Shown piece by piece: positions 43,906 through 53,903 of a stretch of DNA of 64,000 bases. The stretch is taken from the NCBI GenBank assembly GCA_025594325.1, contig JANHCV010000015.1:496001-560000 (forward strand). Direction: 5' to 3'. Position numbers and translations under genes: made by a program. The stretch's first letter is position 1, and each line of letters opens with the position of its first letter. The stretch is from Blastocladiella emersonii ATCC 22665. Lineage: Eukaryota; Fungi; Blastocladiomycota. The notes beneath the pieces are model-generated. The model was not told the DNA's origin, searched no databases, and was given only the letters and a program-made list of their open reading frames with translations.

Positions 43906-44007
43906 ATGATCCTCGAGACGCTCCTTGTCGCGACCAACGCCCTGATCCTCGTAGCCAACCTGGCCATCGTCGGGTACACAAGCAAAGTATTCCACGCCGT
44001 AGAGTAA
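43906..44007 (+). CDS. 33-aa hydrophobic micro-ORF MILETLLVATNALILVANLAIVGYTSKVFHAVE (absent from ORF track)
   Basis: Preceded by TTGTTG..TAAAC-ATG (43881-43905); single TM-like helix. Confidence 0.6.
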   Translation: MILETLLVATNALILVANLAIVGYTSKVFHAVE

Positions 44008-44267
44008 GCAACGACATGTGCTTTAAATTCTTTCTGCGAAGGCATAGTAAGACACAGGACAATGAATACTGGCTCTACTGCATCAACGCCCCGCGCACCT
44101 TCCACGAGCATCCCCTCGACTGGCCGTCCGGGCCCCCAGTCAACAGCCAACTACACGGCCATCCGCGACGTGGCCCTGCCAGGTGCCAAGGTTGTGTACA
44201 CTGTCTGCTTTGAATAGATCCTTCAAGTTAACTTGGTTAGCTACCTTGAAGCCTTTACTGGTCGCTC

Positions 44268-44420
44268 TCAGACTACCTGGCGGTACGTGTACTTGTGCCC
44301 GCAGCATGGGTACACGACTTGGACCCACAGCAGCTCGTTGTCGTAGACCCAGCTGGGAGTATCGTAGTGATCGCACGGCGGCTTGGGCAGGGGAACAATC
44401 TCTTTGATACAGCCTCGCAT
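44268..44420 (-). CDS. 50-aa Cys/His micro-ORF MRGCIKEIVPLPKPPCDH...PCCGHKYTYRQVV
   Basis: Preceded on the minus strand by CTTTGTTG..TAACC-ATG (44441-44421); possible Zn-binding pairs. Confidence 0.55.
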   Translation of the reverse strand: MRGCIKEIVPLPKPPCDHYDTPSWVYDNELLWVQVVYPCCGHKYTYRQVV

Positions 44421-44534
44421 GGTTACAGTAGTCCAACAAAGTTTAAATTGACAAACGCGTTCAACGCACTTGACCCCCGCCTGACCCCAGACCTGGCGCC
44501 CCTGACTTTGCACCCTGACCCTCCACGACTTGGC

Positions 44535-45376
44535 AGCCATGGACACGATGGACAGGATCGCATCCATTGAAAGCACTCGGGGTAAGCCATGGACACGATG
44601 GACACCATGGACACCATCATTTGAAAAGGTCCGGTGGATCTACGACGTGACGCACAAACGACGACTTCTGTGTCACCATCTTCTTTGACTTTTCAAAGTT
44701 TATAAAAGATGGTGTCCATGGTGTCCGTTGCTCACCCCGAGCAAATAGAGTGGACAGGATCAAAGTCAATGGTGTCCATGGCTTACCCCGAGCAACTTAA
44801 TGGACAGGATCAGGACAGGATCAGGACATGATTGGGGTGAGCAACCGGGAGCTGGCCGCTGACCCAACCGCTGAAGCGACCGTTGAGCGCCCGTGGAATT
44901 TATCCGAGGGCTCTTGTGGACCTACTGCCGCGACCAAGTCGCCAACCAAGTCGTGGGCCGGCTCGGGGACTGCTCACAGATCGACTTGCAGCTGTGCTCA
45001 GGGACCAGACCAGGGAACTCTGTCAGTGGGTAGCCGCAGCTGCGCTGCTCTTCGTCTCGCTGCGCTCGCCGGCCGCCGCCGACCGCTCGGGGTAAGCAAT
45101 GGTCAGCCTGAGCGGTTGGTCAGGGACGGGCTCAGGGGTCAGGTCAGGGACTCACTCCTGGACCGCTCGCCCCTCCCTTCCACCCACCCTCCCGCCCACC
45201 TGCTTCGGCCTTCGGCCTCCGATCCGGGTGGCGAAATCCCTAAGGATATCGCTATATTCATTATGAGTCACTCGGGGTAAGCAATGAGATATCACGTGGG
45301 TTAGCCCGGGTGGATAGAGTCCAGAGGCGAAGTCCCTAAGGGCAGCCGTGTGCCGTATCCCTTAAGGGATACGGCA
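44535..45376 (-). repeat. Right terminal inverted repeat (~842 bp)
   Basis: Reverse complement of 30043-30885. Confidence 0.95.
45351..45376. repeat. Perfect 26-bp terminal palindrome (right end)
   Basis: Identical to 30043-30068. Confidence 0.97.
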
Positions 45377-45381
45377 GAAAT
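45377..45381. other. Right target-site duplication GAAAT
   Basis: Identical to 30038-30042. Confidence 0.9.
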
Positions 45382-45587
45382 TACGATGCAAGCGAAACCC
45401 GGTCTTCAAGACCTTGATGCCCAGTCTTTACCGCTGCTTCCTGCTCCCGTTCTTTCCGACCAACAGAGCCGAGTACCGCGAACGTGCAAAGTCGGCTACA
45501 AGCAAGAGCATGGCTGACGTGCTTGCCTCTTACGCAAAGGACGATCGGATCCTCGAGGTTGATGGCGAGGGCGATGGCGAGCAGTAG
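45382..45587 (+). pseudogene. DUF4470-like copy B, 3' end beyond the PLV
   Basis: PVFKTLMPSLYRCFLLPFFPTNRAEYR..DDRILEVD..* matches the C-termini of copy C (PCLRSCFVLPLYPALGAEY..DDRIMELDD) and copy A (FFPTNGAEYR). Confidence 0.8.
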
Positions 45588-46054
45588 GTTGTTTTGTTGT
45601 TTTTACGAATTGTACTAGTTTGTTTGTTTCACTCATCCCTCTCCGACATGATATGCCTTCAACCCGGCCGCTGCTCCCCCCTCGACTCGCAGGCCTCGCA
45701 ACACCACTGGCGCGTGATGAGCGACGCGCACGGTCCGCTCGATTGCGTCATACGGTCACGCCGCTCAACCGGTGGCGCACGATTCATGAGCCGCCGCTGC
45801 GGGTGTGGCTCAGCCACCTCGACCACCGCTGCGGCTCGGCTGCGCCACCAAATGAATTTGCGCCACAGCCGCTGCGGCTCGCTTGCGTCGAACTCGGCCC
45901 TTGTCCGCAGCAACAAGCCGCGAGATTCCGCTTGTTTGACATGTGCAGCGCGACTCTCAATGCACGTCATCGTTCAGCCGCTGCTGCGGATCACGTCCCC
46001 CGCGCGCGAACGCCTTCCCCCGCACTGACGGGCGGGCGAGCGAGCAAGCGAGCG

Positions 46055-46060
46055 TATAAA
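46055..46060 (+). promoter_or_regulatory. TATA box of MTFG copy 3
   Basis: TATAAA ~124 bp upstream of ATG 46179. Confidence 0.7.
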
Positions 46061-46178
46061 GGGGCAGGGCTCCCGCTCTCCAACTTTCGACACCACAACC
46101 AACAACAAGAAGCGAGCAGGTCTCCTCCTCTCACCCTCCCAACCTACCCTCACTACCCCACCACTACACTACATCAAG

Positions 46179-46805
46179 ATGACCTTTGGCCTCCTCAAGT
46201 CGATCGTTGCCGGGACCCACGCTGGCGCTGGTGCCGGGTACAACGCCGGCGCGCACGTCGGCGGAAACTACAATGCGGGCGGCAACTTTAACGCGGGCGG
46301 CAACGCTCACCACGGCGGCCAGTTTAACGCGGGCGGGAACGCTCACCAGGGCGGGCAGTTCAACGGCGGCGGCCACGCGTCGGGCAGCGGCAGCTGGAGC
46401 TCTGAGTGGCACTCGGAGTGGTCGTCGAGCTGGAGCAGCAACTGGAACTCGAGCTGGAGCAGCAGCGGGCAGTCGGGCCACGGCGGCTACGGCCGCGGCG
46501 GTCGCTGCCAGCGCGACGAGGACGGCGGCGACGGGACCTCGTTCATCCAGTCGTCGGCCAACGACGGCAGCAACAACACCGCGGGCGACGCGTTCCAGGG
46601 CGACGGCGGCAACGCGTTCCAGCCCGCTGACGGCAGCGACCAGTTCGCGTTCCACACGGCGGTCCAGCCCGAGGAGGTGTTTGGCGCGTCGTCCATTTCG
46701 TCGGGCCCCGACGAGTTTGCGGCCGTGACTGTCGACCCGTCGGCGGCGTCGCAGCAGGCCGCTGATGCCCATGCCTCGTCGATCGCTACGTCGGCTGTCG
46801 CTTGA
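46179..46805 (+). CDS. MTFG family copy 3 (208 aa, most diverged)
   Basis: GGxFNAGG repeats, WSSEWHSEW, GGRCQRDEDG, related C-terminus. Confidence 0.85.
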   Translation: MTFGLLKSIVAGTHAGAGAGYNAGAHVGGNYNAGGNFNAGGNAHHGGQFNAGGNAHQGGQFNGGGHASGSGSWSSEWHSEWSSSWSSNWNSSWSSSGQSGHGGYGRGGRCQRDEDGGDGTSFIQSSANDGSNNTAGDAFQGDGGNAFQPADGSDQFAFHTAVQPEEVFGASSISSGPDEFAAVTVDPSAASQQAADAHASSIATSAVA

Positions 46806-47688
46806 TCATGCGGAGCTGGACTCGCGCGCCGTGTACATTCCTGTTTGAATACATTCTATAACTCAGAAGTCATGTCTTTGATCGATGAGCGCAAGCAAGG
46901 AGAGTGCTGAAAGAGCGAGTAGAAGTGCATCGTGTGTGCCGATCGACGTCATGTCAGCAGCGATTGGGAGCGGCACAAGAAGTCGTACAACTCTACGGCG
47001 TGCCCAAGACCTTGAGCGGCACGAAGCGCGGAACATCGCTGATGGTTCAGCTGATGTCGAAGTAGACGTAATCGGTAATCGAGAGAAGAAGTCACGGGTC
47101 TTCGTCTCTCGTCGACTCTCGTGAGCGCGACCGCAAACACGCGGTGAAACGCGTTGAGCAACGCGTCGAGACGCGTCGAGTTATTATGTGACCCGCGCGA
47201 GACAACCACGTATATCTCCCGTTGAGTTCCGGTCGCACTGCCGGACTGTCAATGGGCTTACAGTTCGTCACAACCCGTCATCGCTTGTCACCGCCCCCGT
47301 GCCGCCCATGCGCCGAACCGCAGTCGCCCTTGGCAGCACGCGCCACGCCACGCGTGTCTTTCGTCACTCGCCATCGCGGAACTCCTTGGGCGCAGCCGAA
47401 CCGCAGCGCATGGTGCCGCACGACCGGTGGCGCAGAGTTCATGGCGTGTCGCGACCCACGAGGGGCCGACGGCGCTAAGCCACCCAACGGCCGTCGCGAG
47501 GTCGCTGCGCCACTACGCCGCGCCCGACTGCGGAGCGCGAACAAGCGGTGCTGCGGCCGCGGCCAAACGGAACGCGTCGGGATTAGCTTCGCTTGCGCGG
47601 GAGTGTGCCAAGGCTCGCGGGCCGGCGGGAGCTAAAGATTGATGGTGATGCGAAGCTTGATGGCGCCGTGCAGCGGGGCGACGGAAAG

Positions 47689-47694
47689 TATAAA
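47689..47694 (+). promoter_or_regulatory. TATA box of MTFG copy 4
   Basis: TATAAA ~108 bp upstream of ATG 47797. Confidence 0.7.
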
Positions 47695-47796
47695 GGGCGG
47701 CCGAGCCCTCGCACTTCGGATCGGATCAGCAGCAACAACAGCAAGAGCGAGCCGGCCTCACTCTACATACTCCACCGAAACCTACTCCTCATCACC

Positions 47797-48411
47797 ATGA
47801 CCTTCGGACTCATCAAGGCCATCCTCGGCGGCGGCGCGAACTGCAACACGGGCGGCTCGATCGGCGGCGGCGGTTACATTGGCGGCGGGCAGTACAACGG
47901 CGGGGGTTCCTTCAACGGCGGGGGTCACGCAGGCGGCAACTACAATGGCGGTGGTAACTTCAACGGGGGCGGCAACTTCAACGGCGGCCACTCGGGTGGC
48001 GGCGGGTCGTACAACGGCGGCGGCCACTCGTCGGGCAACTGGAACTCGGAGTGGAACAGCAACTGGAACTCGGACTGGAGCTCGAACTGGGGCTCCAACT
48101 GGGGCGGTAACGGAGGGTACGGCAGCGGCGGCCGCTGCCAGCGCGACGACGACGGGTCGTCGTACCACCTGCAGTCGACGGACAACGGCGGTGGCGACGC
48201 GTTCCAGTCGGCCGGCGACGCGTTCCAGGCCTCCTCGGCTCAGCAGCAGCACGCCGACTCGTTCTCGGCCGCTAGCGCTACCTCGCACAATAGCGTTGAC
48301 GAGCTCTCGGTCGCCTCGACCGTCGACCACTCGTCCGTCTCGCACGCCGCGGACGCGCACGCCCAGGCCGAGGCTGCTGCGTCGGTCCATGCGTCGTCGA
48401 CCATCGCCTAA
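47797..48411 (+). CDS. MTFG family copy 4 (204 aa)
   Basis: Same architecture; C-terminus nearly identical to copy 1. Confidence 0.85.
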   Translation: MTFGLIKAILGGGANCNTGGSIGGGGYIGGGQYNGGGSFNGGGHAGGNYNGGGNFNGGGNFNGGHSGGGGSYNGGGHSSGNWNSEWNSNWNSDWSSNWGSNWGGNGGYGSGGRCQRDDDGSSYHLQSTDNGGGDAFQSAGDAFQASSAQQQHADSFSAASATSHNSVDELSVASTVDHSSVSHAADAHAQAEAAASVHASSTIA

Positions 48412-48766
48412 GCGTGCGGCCTCGTTTGAAACGGGCGTCCGCCCTGTCGTTCACACTGTCGAGTCGTATCTGGAATACATTTACTTGATATTAAAACCTT
48501 TGTGTGCGTCCGGTCGCTCAACATCAACCAACGGGCGCGGTCCAACCCGCGACCCGCGACCCGCGCTCGCGAAAGTGTCTCGCGCTGGTCACATGATTGA
48601 TCGACGCGTCGCGGCTGGTTCGGCCGTGACGTGCGTGAGGTTTTCAGCTTGGCCCCGCTTGAATGCTTTCTTCCTGTTAGTGTGAGACACCTCGCAAAAG
48701 TTGCATGGATTGGTCAGAAAAATCTAGGCAGTATAGTTCAATTAAATATTCGAAGCAATGCAGCTG

Positions 48767-51700
48767 CTAATCGTCAAGCTCCATGATCCGGTCGTCAATG
48801 ACCCCATAGTCAATCCCGTCATCTTGATCCACACTATACGCACTCGCTGCACCGTTTCGAGGAATCTTAGGTCGGTGGTACTCGGCCCCCAGCGCGGGAT
48901 ACAGCGGGAGCACAAAACAGGAGCGAAGACACGGCCTCACGGCCGCAAAGAGGTCCGGGTCTACGCCCAGAGCGTTTCTGGCAATTCTAAAGGGCGCAGA
49001 AGAAAGCCCGTATTCGAGATACTGGAGGAAGCAAGAGAGGAACTTAGGCGGGACGACCAGTCGCATATTCTTGTCAGGATCACGATCGACGTCGGCAGCA
49101 AAGGTTGGCAGGTGCTGCATGGCAAGGGCAAGAGCAGAGGCGTTGAGCGGCCGGCGCCACGCTGCCGCCGTCTCGGGGTGAGGGAAGATGGTCATGTAAA
49201 GCACCGGGGTCGGCAAGTGGTCAGAGCAGGTCGGCTGGGCGACCTGCAAGTTGTTCAGGAGAAGCACGGCTTTAGGGCAGTCCTCGTCGCCCTCCTGCAC
49301 GACCTCGACCACGTATTCCGCGCTCTGATACGCCCGAAAAAGCTTCGCGGCGGTGACGCGGAGAAACTTGGCTTCCTGCGCGGCGGATGGCTTCTGGTTG
49401 AGCACACTCACGGCCGCGACCACGGCCGCATCCTCGTCGCTCGCCGTAAACTGCAGCGTGCGGAGTGCAGCTTTAACATTGAGGATGGGTTGTGGCTCGA
49501 CCGAGACAACGAGATCCGAATAGTCGGCGAGGAAAGGGACAAGGGGGAGGAACAGGTGCTCGGAGCCCGTGTGAGAAAGGTTGCGGGTGGCCGTCACCAC
49601 GACGCGGCGCTCGGTGCGCTTCACGTCAATGTTTGCAGTCCGGGCAGGGCATGGAAGCGTGTAGCCCTGCGGCTTCATGTCAATGTCCAGCGCGACGACA
49701 CCAGTTGACTCGCCTTGCACGGTCAGCCTGCGTGTAACCGTAGCCCGGAGTTTGTCGCGTGGAAGCAAGAGGGTAAGCTGGATCGAGTCGGCGTGCTCGG
49801 TAGCCAGCTCAACAGGTAAGATCGGGCGCCGAGTCACGCAAGCTGTATCGCCGGGCGTGCTGGTGCTGTACCGATTCGCCGCAGAGTATTCGACCGCCTG
49901 TTTGAACGTGGAAGCAAGCGATCCAACAGGGACTCGAGTGGTTGCAACATCAGCGAGCGCGACTCGACTTGAATCTTCAATATCTGTCGGCGGCGGAGAA
50001 GGACCAAGCAGGACGCGGTCGAGCCTCGCGTACAGCTGCAAGTCGCTGGCGGCTTCAACGACATGACGCGGGACATAAGCAGCAATGCGCACGCTGGTTC
50101 TTGTCGCAAGCCAAGCGATGCTGAGACTCTGGAACTGATGTGCGTCTGAGCCTACCTGCAACTCCAGCGTCGTGCAAAGCGGCGTGACGTCGTCGCCAGC
50201 GGGAAGTTCCAAGGTGCCTTCAACGAGGTACAAGTATTTATCGCCACGTTGAGCGCCGCCCAAGTCAATTGCAAAGTCGTGGAGTTGGGCATGGGCAAGA
50301 GTCTCAGCAAGCGACGCGGCCGGGAGCGCGCTGGCACCAAGGGTCGCCCAAAACTCACGCATGTCCGGCCAAGGCGGCAAGTGAGCATCAGCACCGGTCC
50401 ACGAAAGTCGGCCTGCAGCAAGCGCGAAACCAAGAAGCTTGGCGAGAAGCGGGCCGGCTGGAGTTGACGATGCTACGAGAAACCGCCAGGACCGTAGTAT
50501 AAGTTAGAGGATCGTTTGCGTTGCGAAAGCTCGAAGCCGGGCGTACCAAGAGATCGCGTCGACGTGACGCTGTCAAGACCACGAAGCTCCTCGGCGCAAC
50601 GGACCAGTGCATCGATGAGAAACGGCGACTCTTTGAGCGAGACGGGTACGCTGGGGAAATCGAGCTTGAAGAAAGTGAAGGCTTCGCTGCTTCGGTCGGC
50701 ATGCCGCATAACGTGGCCCTTGGTCCAAGCGAAGCGCGAGACGTGAGGCGCCCACTGCGTCTCCTCTGCTCGTTTGAAGAGGTTGACCCCAAGAAGCGTC
50801 GGCAGCGCCTCAAGCGGAAGTCCAAGCGTGCGACGAATGAACTCGTCGCGATTCGGTGCAACCGCGGGAAGGTGATCGGTCGAGGTATAGATAAGCGAGC
50901 GCGTAACGGCCTGGTTGACGGCGAGAAGGGGCGCCGCGTGAACGAGCAAGTTGAGCAAGCCGTGCGTGTCGATGGCCGAGCCCGTGTGGATCGCGTGGAA
51001 GCGCTGCTCGCGCGCGACAAGCGACTCCATCACAGAGACGGGATGGCCGACGCAGAACGCGATACGGGCATGGAAAAGCACGCCGAGGTCCTTGCCCTCC
51101 TCCAATGCTCCAACGAGCGTGGTCTTGGTAGGGCGGGGCGTCTCGCATCCCGGGCCGAACACGGGTGTAAGCGCGCGAAGCATCGCGGTGCATGCGCCAT
51201 CCGCATCAAGCGTGCCGTTGACAATGAGGTGAAGGGCGTCAAGCGGCGAATGTCCGAATGGCGAGGCGAAGCGGAGCGTGCCGTCCGGATTCACGAGGTA
51301 CATGGTCGGGTTGGCATCGATATGAGAAATTGCCAAGAAATCCCACAGTTTCACCTCTGGGTCGAGACCGTGGACGCCACGCTCAAGAGTTGCAGCAATA
51401 CTGTCTCTGAGTTGAGTGAGCAGCTCGCACACCTCGACAAGTTCAGTCGCGTCCTTGAACCGGCGGCAGTAGTTGTCGACCGCAACAAGAGCATGTCTCC
51501 GAGTTTCAGCCGGATTGCGCACGCGGTCGTAGTAAGCGTTGCGGTCGCCGTACAGCTGCGCGAGCGTCGTACCGGCAGCAAGCCACGACGTCCAACAGTG
51601 CTGGACCGCACGAAGCGTCGCGTCGTCCGTGACGCGAATTCGAGCCGCTGACCGGTTCCAGTTGACGGCAAGACACGAGCGCATTTGACTCTCCCAGAAG

Positions 51701-52068
51701 GTACGGGCGTCCGGCTCGAGGCAGAGCGAAAAGTAGAGCTGGGCGATGAAGCGCGTCGGGACCCGATCAGCGGCAAACTCGCCGGTCGAGATCGCATGAA
51801 GCACCAGCAGGTCGCGCGCAACGACCTCGGGGTGCGTGTTGGCGAGCACAAAGTTGAGCTCCGCGGTGCCGTACTTGCGCGCCGCGTCGCCGACCGTGTG
51901 CGCGACGTCGCGCAAGGTCGCGCATTGAAGGGCAAGCACGTGAAGCTGTTGCTTGGGCGCGCGCGGGTTGTGGTGCGGGAGCAGGTCGCGCGGATAAGTC
52001 TGGCCGTAGGGAAAGTACGGGTCCGAGACGTCGTCGCCAAGCAGCGCGGGGCCGGACACCGTCAGCAT
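48767..52068 (-). CDS. DUF4470-like family copy C, the only open copy (~1075 aa, 2 exons)
   Basis: Exons 52068-50547 and 50472-48767 join in frame across a 74-nt GT-AG intron; the orthologous upstream ATG (52142) is out of frame by 1 nt. Confidence 0.75.
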
Positions 52069-52356
52069 GGGCGACGCGGGCGAGGGCGAAGAAGGGCCGC
52101 TGCCGCCCGAAGCATTGCGTTTAGTCTTGGCTTTTTCTTCATTGGTTTAGCATGTAGTGAGGCGGAGGTCGAGAGCCGGGATCGCCGGGCGACGGTCGCG
52201 CTTCAAATTGGTGCGCGGGACGAGCGTCCATCCTGTGACCGTTGTCGACCTCGCCTGATCCACCGCTGCGTTCCCTGCCCCGATTTGTTCAGATGAACAG
52301 AGCAAGCAAAGAGAGTACATTCACACACGACCAAAAGAGAAACCAACACGACACGC

Positions 52357-53562
52357 TTAGGACGAAGCCGCGGGCGCAGCACCATCAGCGGACGACGCGT
52401 CCGCGACGGCGGGGGCGCCGACGACGCCGTCGGGCTTCTTGTTGTGCTTCTTCTTCTCCTTCTTCTTGGGCGAGGCGGCGGCGGGCTTGGCGGTCGGGTA
52501 GGCGGCCTCGGTGAGGGCACGCATCTCGTCGTTGTCGAAGGCGGCGCGGATCGGGGCGAGGACGGCGTTGAGGGCCTCGGCGACGGCCTTCTTGAGGTCT
52601 CCCGGATGCACGGCCTTGGTGCGGAAGGCATCCTCGAGGTCGGCAAACGTCGAAAACTCCTGGTCGCCGCCAAACTTCTCGGGGCGCTTGATGAGGAACG
52701 AGTAGCCGCCGTCGGGGTGGCGCAGGTGGCCGAGCGGGAACAGGACGGCCTTGACAAAGGACAGGACGCCGTTGTCGTCGACGTTGCCCTCCTCGCAGAA
52801 GGCGCGCTTGATCTTGCGCTCCACGTCCTTGGGCGAGTCGAGGAGGTCGACCTTGGAGTCGGGGTCGGACGAGGACATCTTGGATCCGGCGAGGCCGGGG
52901 ACCATGGCGTTCATGAGGTGGGCGCGCTTCTTGTAGCCGAGCTTGGGGAGGTACTTTTCGGCGAGGATGAAGATCTTGCGCTGGTCGACGCCGCCGAACT
53001 GGGCGTCGACGTCGAGGTACTCCTCGTCGAGGGCCTGGAGCCCGGGGTAGATGAGGCCCGAGAGCAGCGGGTTGTCGGTCTGCTTGACGACCTCGGCGCC
53101 GGCCTTGATGGCGTCGTGGACCGTGAGCATGGCGGCGAGCTTGTAGGCGTCGAGGTTGTACTTTTCCGTGAGCTGGTACTCGGTGCCGACGACGAACCGC
53201 AGCTTGTCGATGGGGACGCCGACCGAGGAGAGGACGGCCTTGATGAGGTGCTCGTAGTACTTGGTGCGCGACTGCAGCTGCTCCCACGGGGCCTTCATGT
53301 TGTCGAGGAAGGCGTGCAGGTTGGCGAACAGCACCGTGACGTGGCACCCGGCCTGCAGGAAGTCGGCGATCTTGACGAGCGGCACAAAGTAGCCAATGTG
53401 CGGCTTGCCCGTCGGGGCGGTGCCCCAGTACAGCTTGAGGTCGCGCTCCTTGACGACCTCGCGGATCGTGTCGACGCCGAGCGTCTCCTGCAGCCCGCGC
53501 GTGATGAGCTCGACCTTGGCGTCGACGGACAGGGCGGCAGCAGCGGGGGTCGGAGAGGCCAT
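52357..53562 (-). CDS. TYS1: Cytosolic tyrosyl-tRNA synthetase
   Basis: [14 protein letters not shown] (HIGH), KMSSS (KMSKS), [11 protein letters not shown]; Lys-rich tail. Confidence 0.95.
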   Translation of the reverse strand: MASPTPAAAALSVDAKVELITRGLQETLGVDTIREVVKERDLKLYWGTAPTGKPHIGYFVPLVKIADFLQAGCHVTVLFANLHAFLDNMKAPWEQLQSRTKYYEHLIKAVLSSVGVPIDKLRFVVGTEYQLTEKYNLDAYKLAAMLTVHDAIKAGAEVVKQTDNPLLSGLIYPGLQALDEEYLDVDAQFGGVDQRKIFILAEKYLPKLGYKKRAHLMNAMVPGLAGSKMSSSDPDSKVDLLDSPKDVERKIKRAFCEEGNVDDNGVLSFVKAVLFPLGHLRHPDGGYSFLIKRPEKFGGDQEFSTFADLEDAFRTKAVHPGDLKKAVAEALNAVLAPIRAAFDNDEMRALTEAAYPTAKPAAASPKKKEKKKHNKKPDGVVGAPAVADASSADGAAPAASS

Positions 53563-53903
53563 GGTGCCAAATGTGCTACGTGGTGGTTGCTTCGTTGGAG
53601 CCAACGTGGAGCCTGCAGGGGAGAGAGGAGAAGAGGCGGCCGGCCCGGCGAGGCCGAGCGGCCACGGAAAAGAGCGGCGACTCGCGTCAGGTGACCCGAC
53701 TCACCGCGGTAACGTGACGGTCTGCGGGTCCATGGCGCCGGGAGACGCGCGGTGCCGGGGGCCAGGGAGACGCCCTCGCTTCGGCAGTGCGCCCCCCTAC
53801 TCTCGCCGCACCGCCAATTCGCGCATTCCATCCACGGAACAAAGCTCATGTAACTCGTCAGTCGAGGGCCCAACGCACCACCTGCCCGACCGCCCGACCT
53901 CCC

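Larger units (their letters stand above)
30043..45376. mobile_element. Endogenous Polinton-like virus (PLV), 15,334 bp, apparently intact
   Basis: TIRs, TG..CA ends, 5-bp TSD; MCP, minor capsid, A32 ATPase, rve integrase, tyrosine recombinase, TVpol-SF3 helicase; compact intronless ORFs without visible disruption. Confidence 0.93.

Noticed and set aside
30043-45376. Canonical Maverick/Polinton or LTR retrotransposon
   Set aside because: No pPolB or protease, and no RT/Gag; termini are inverted, not long direct repeats
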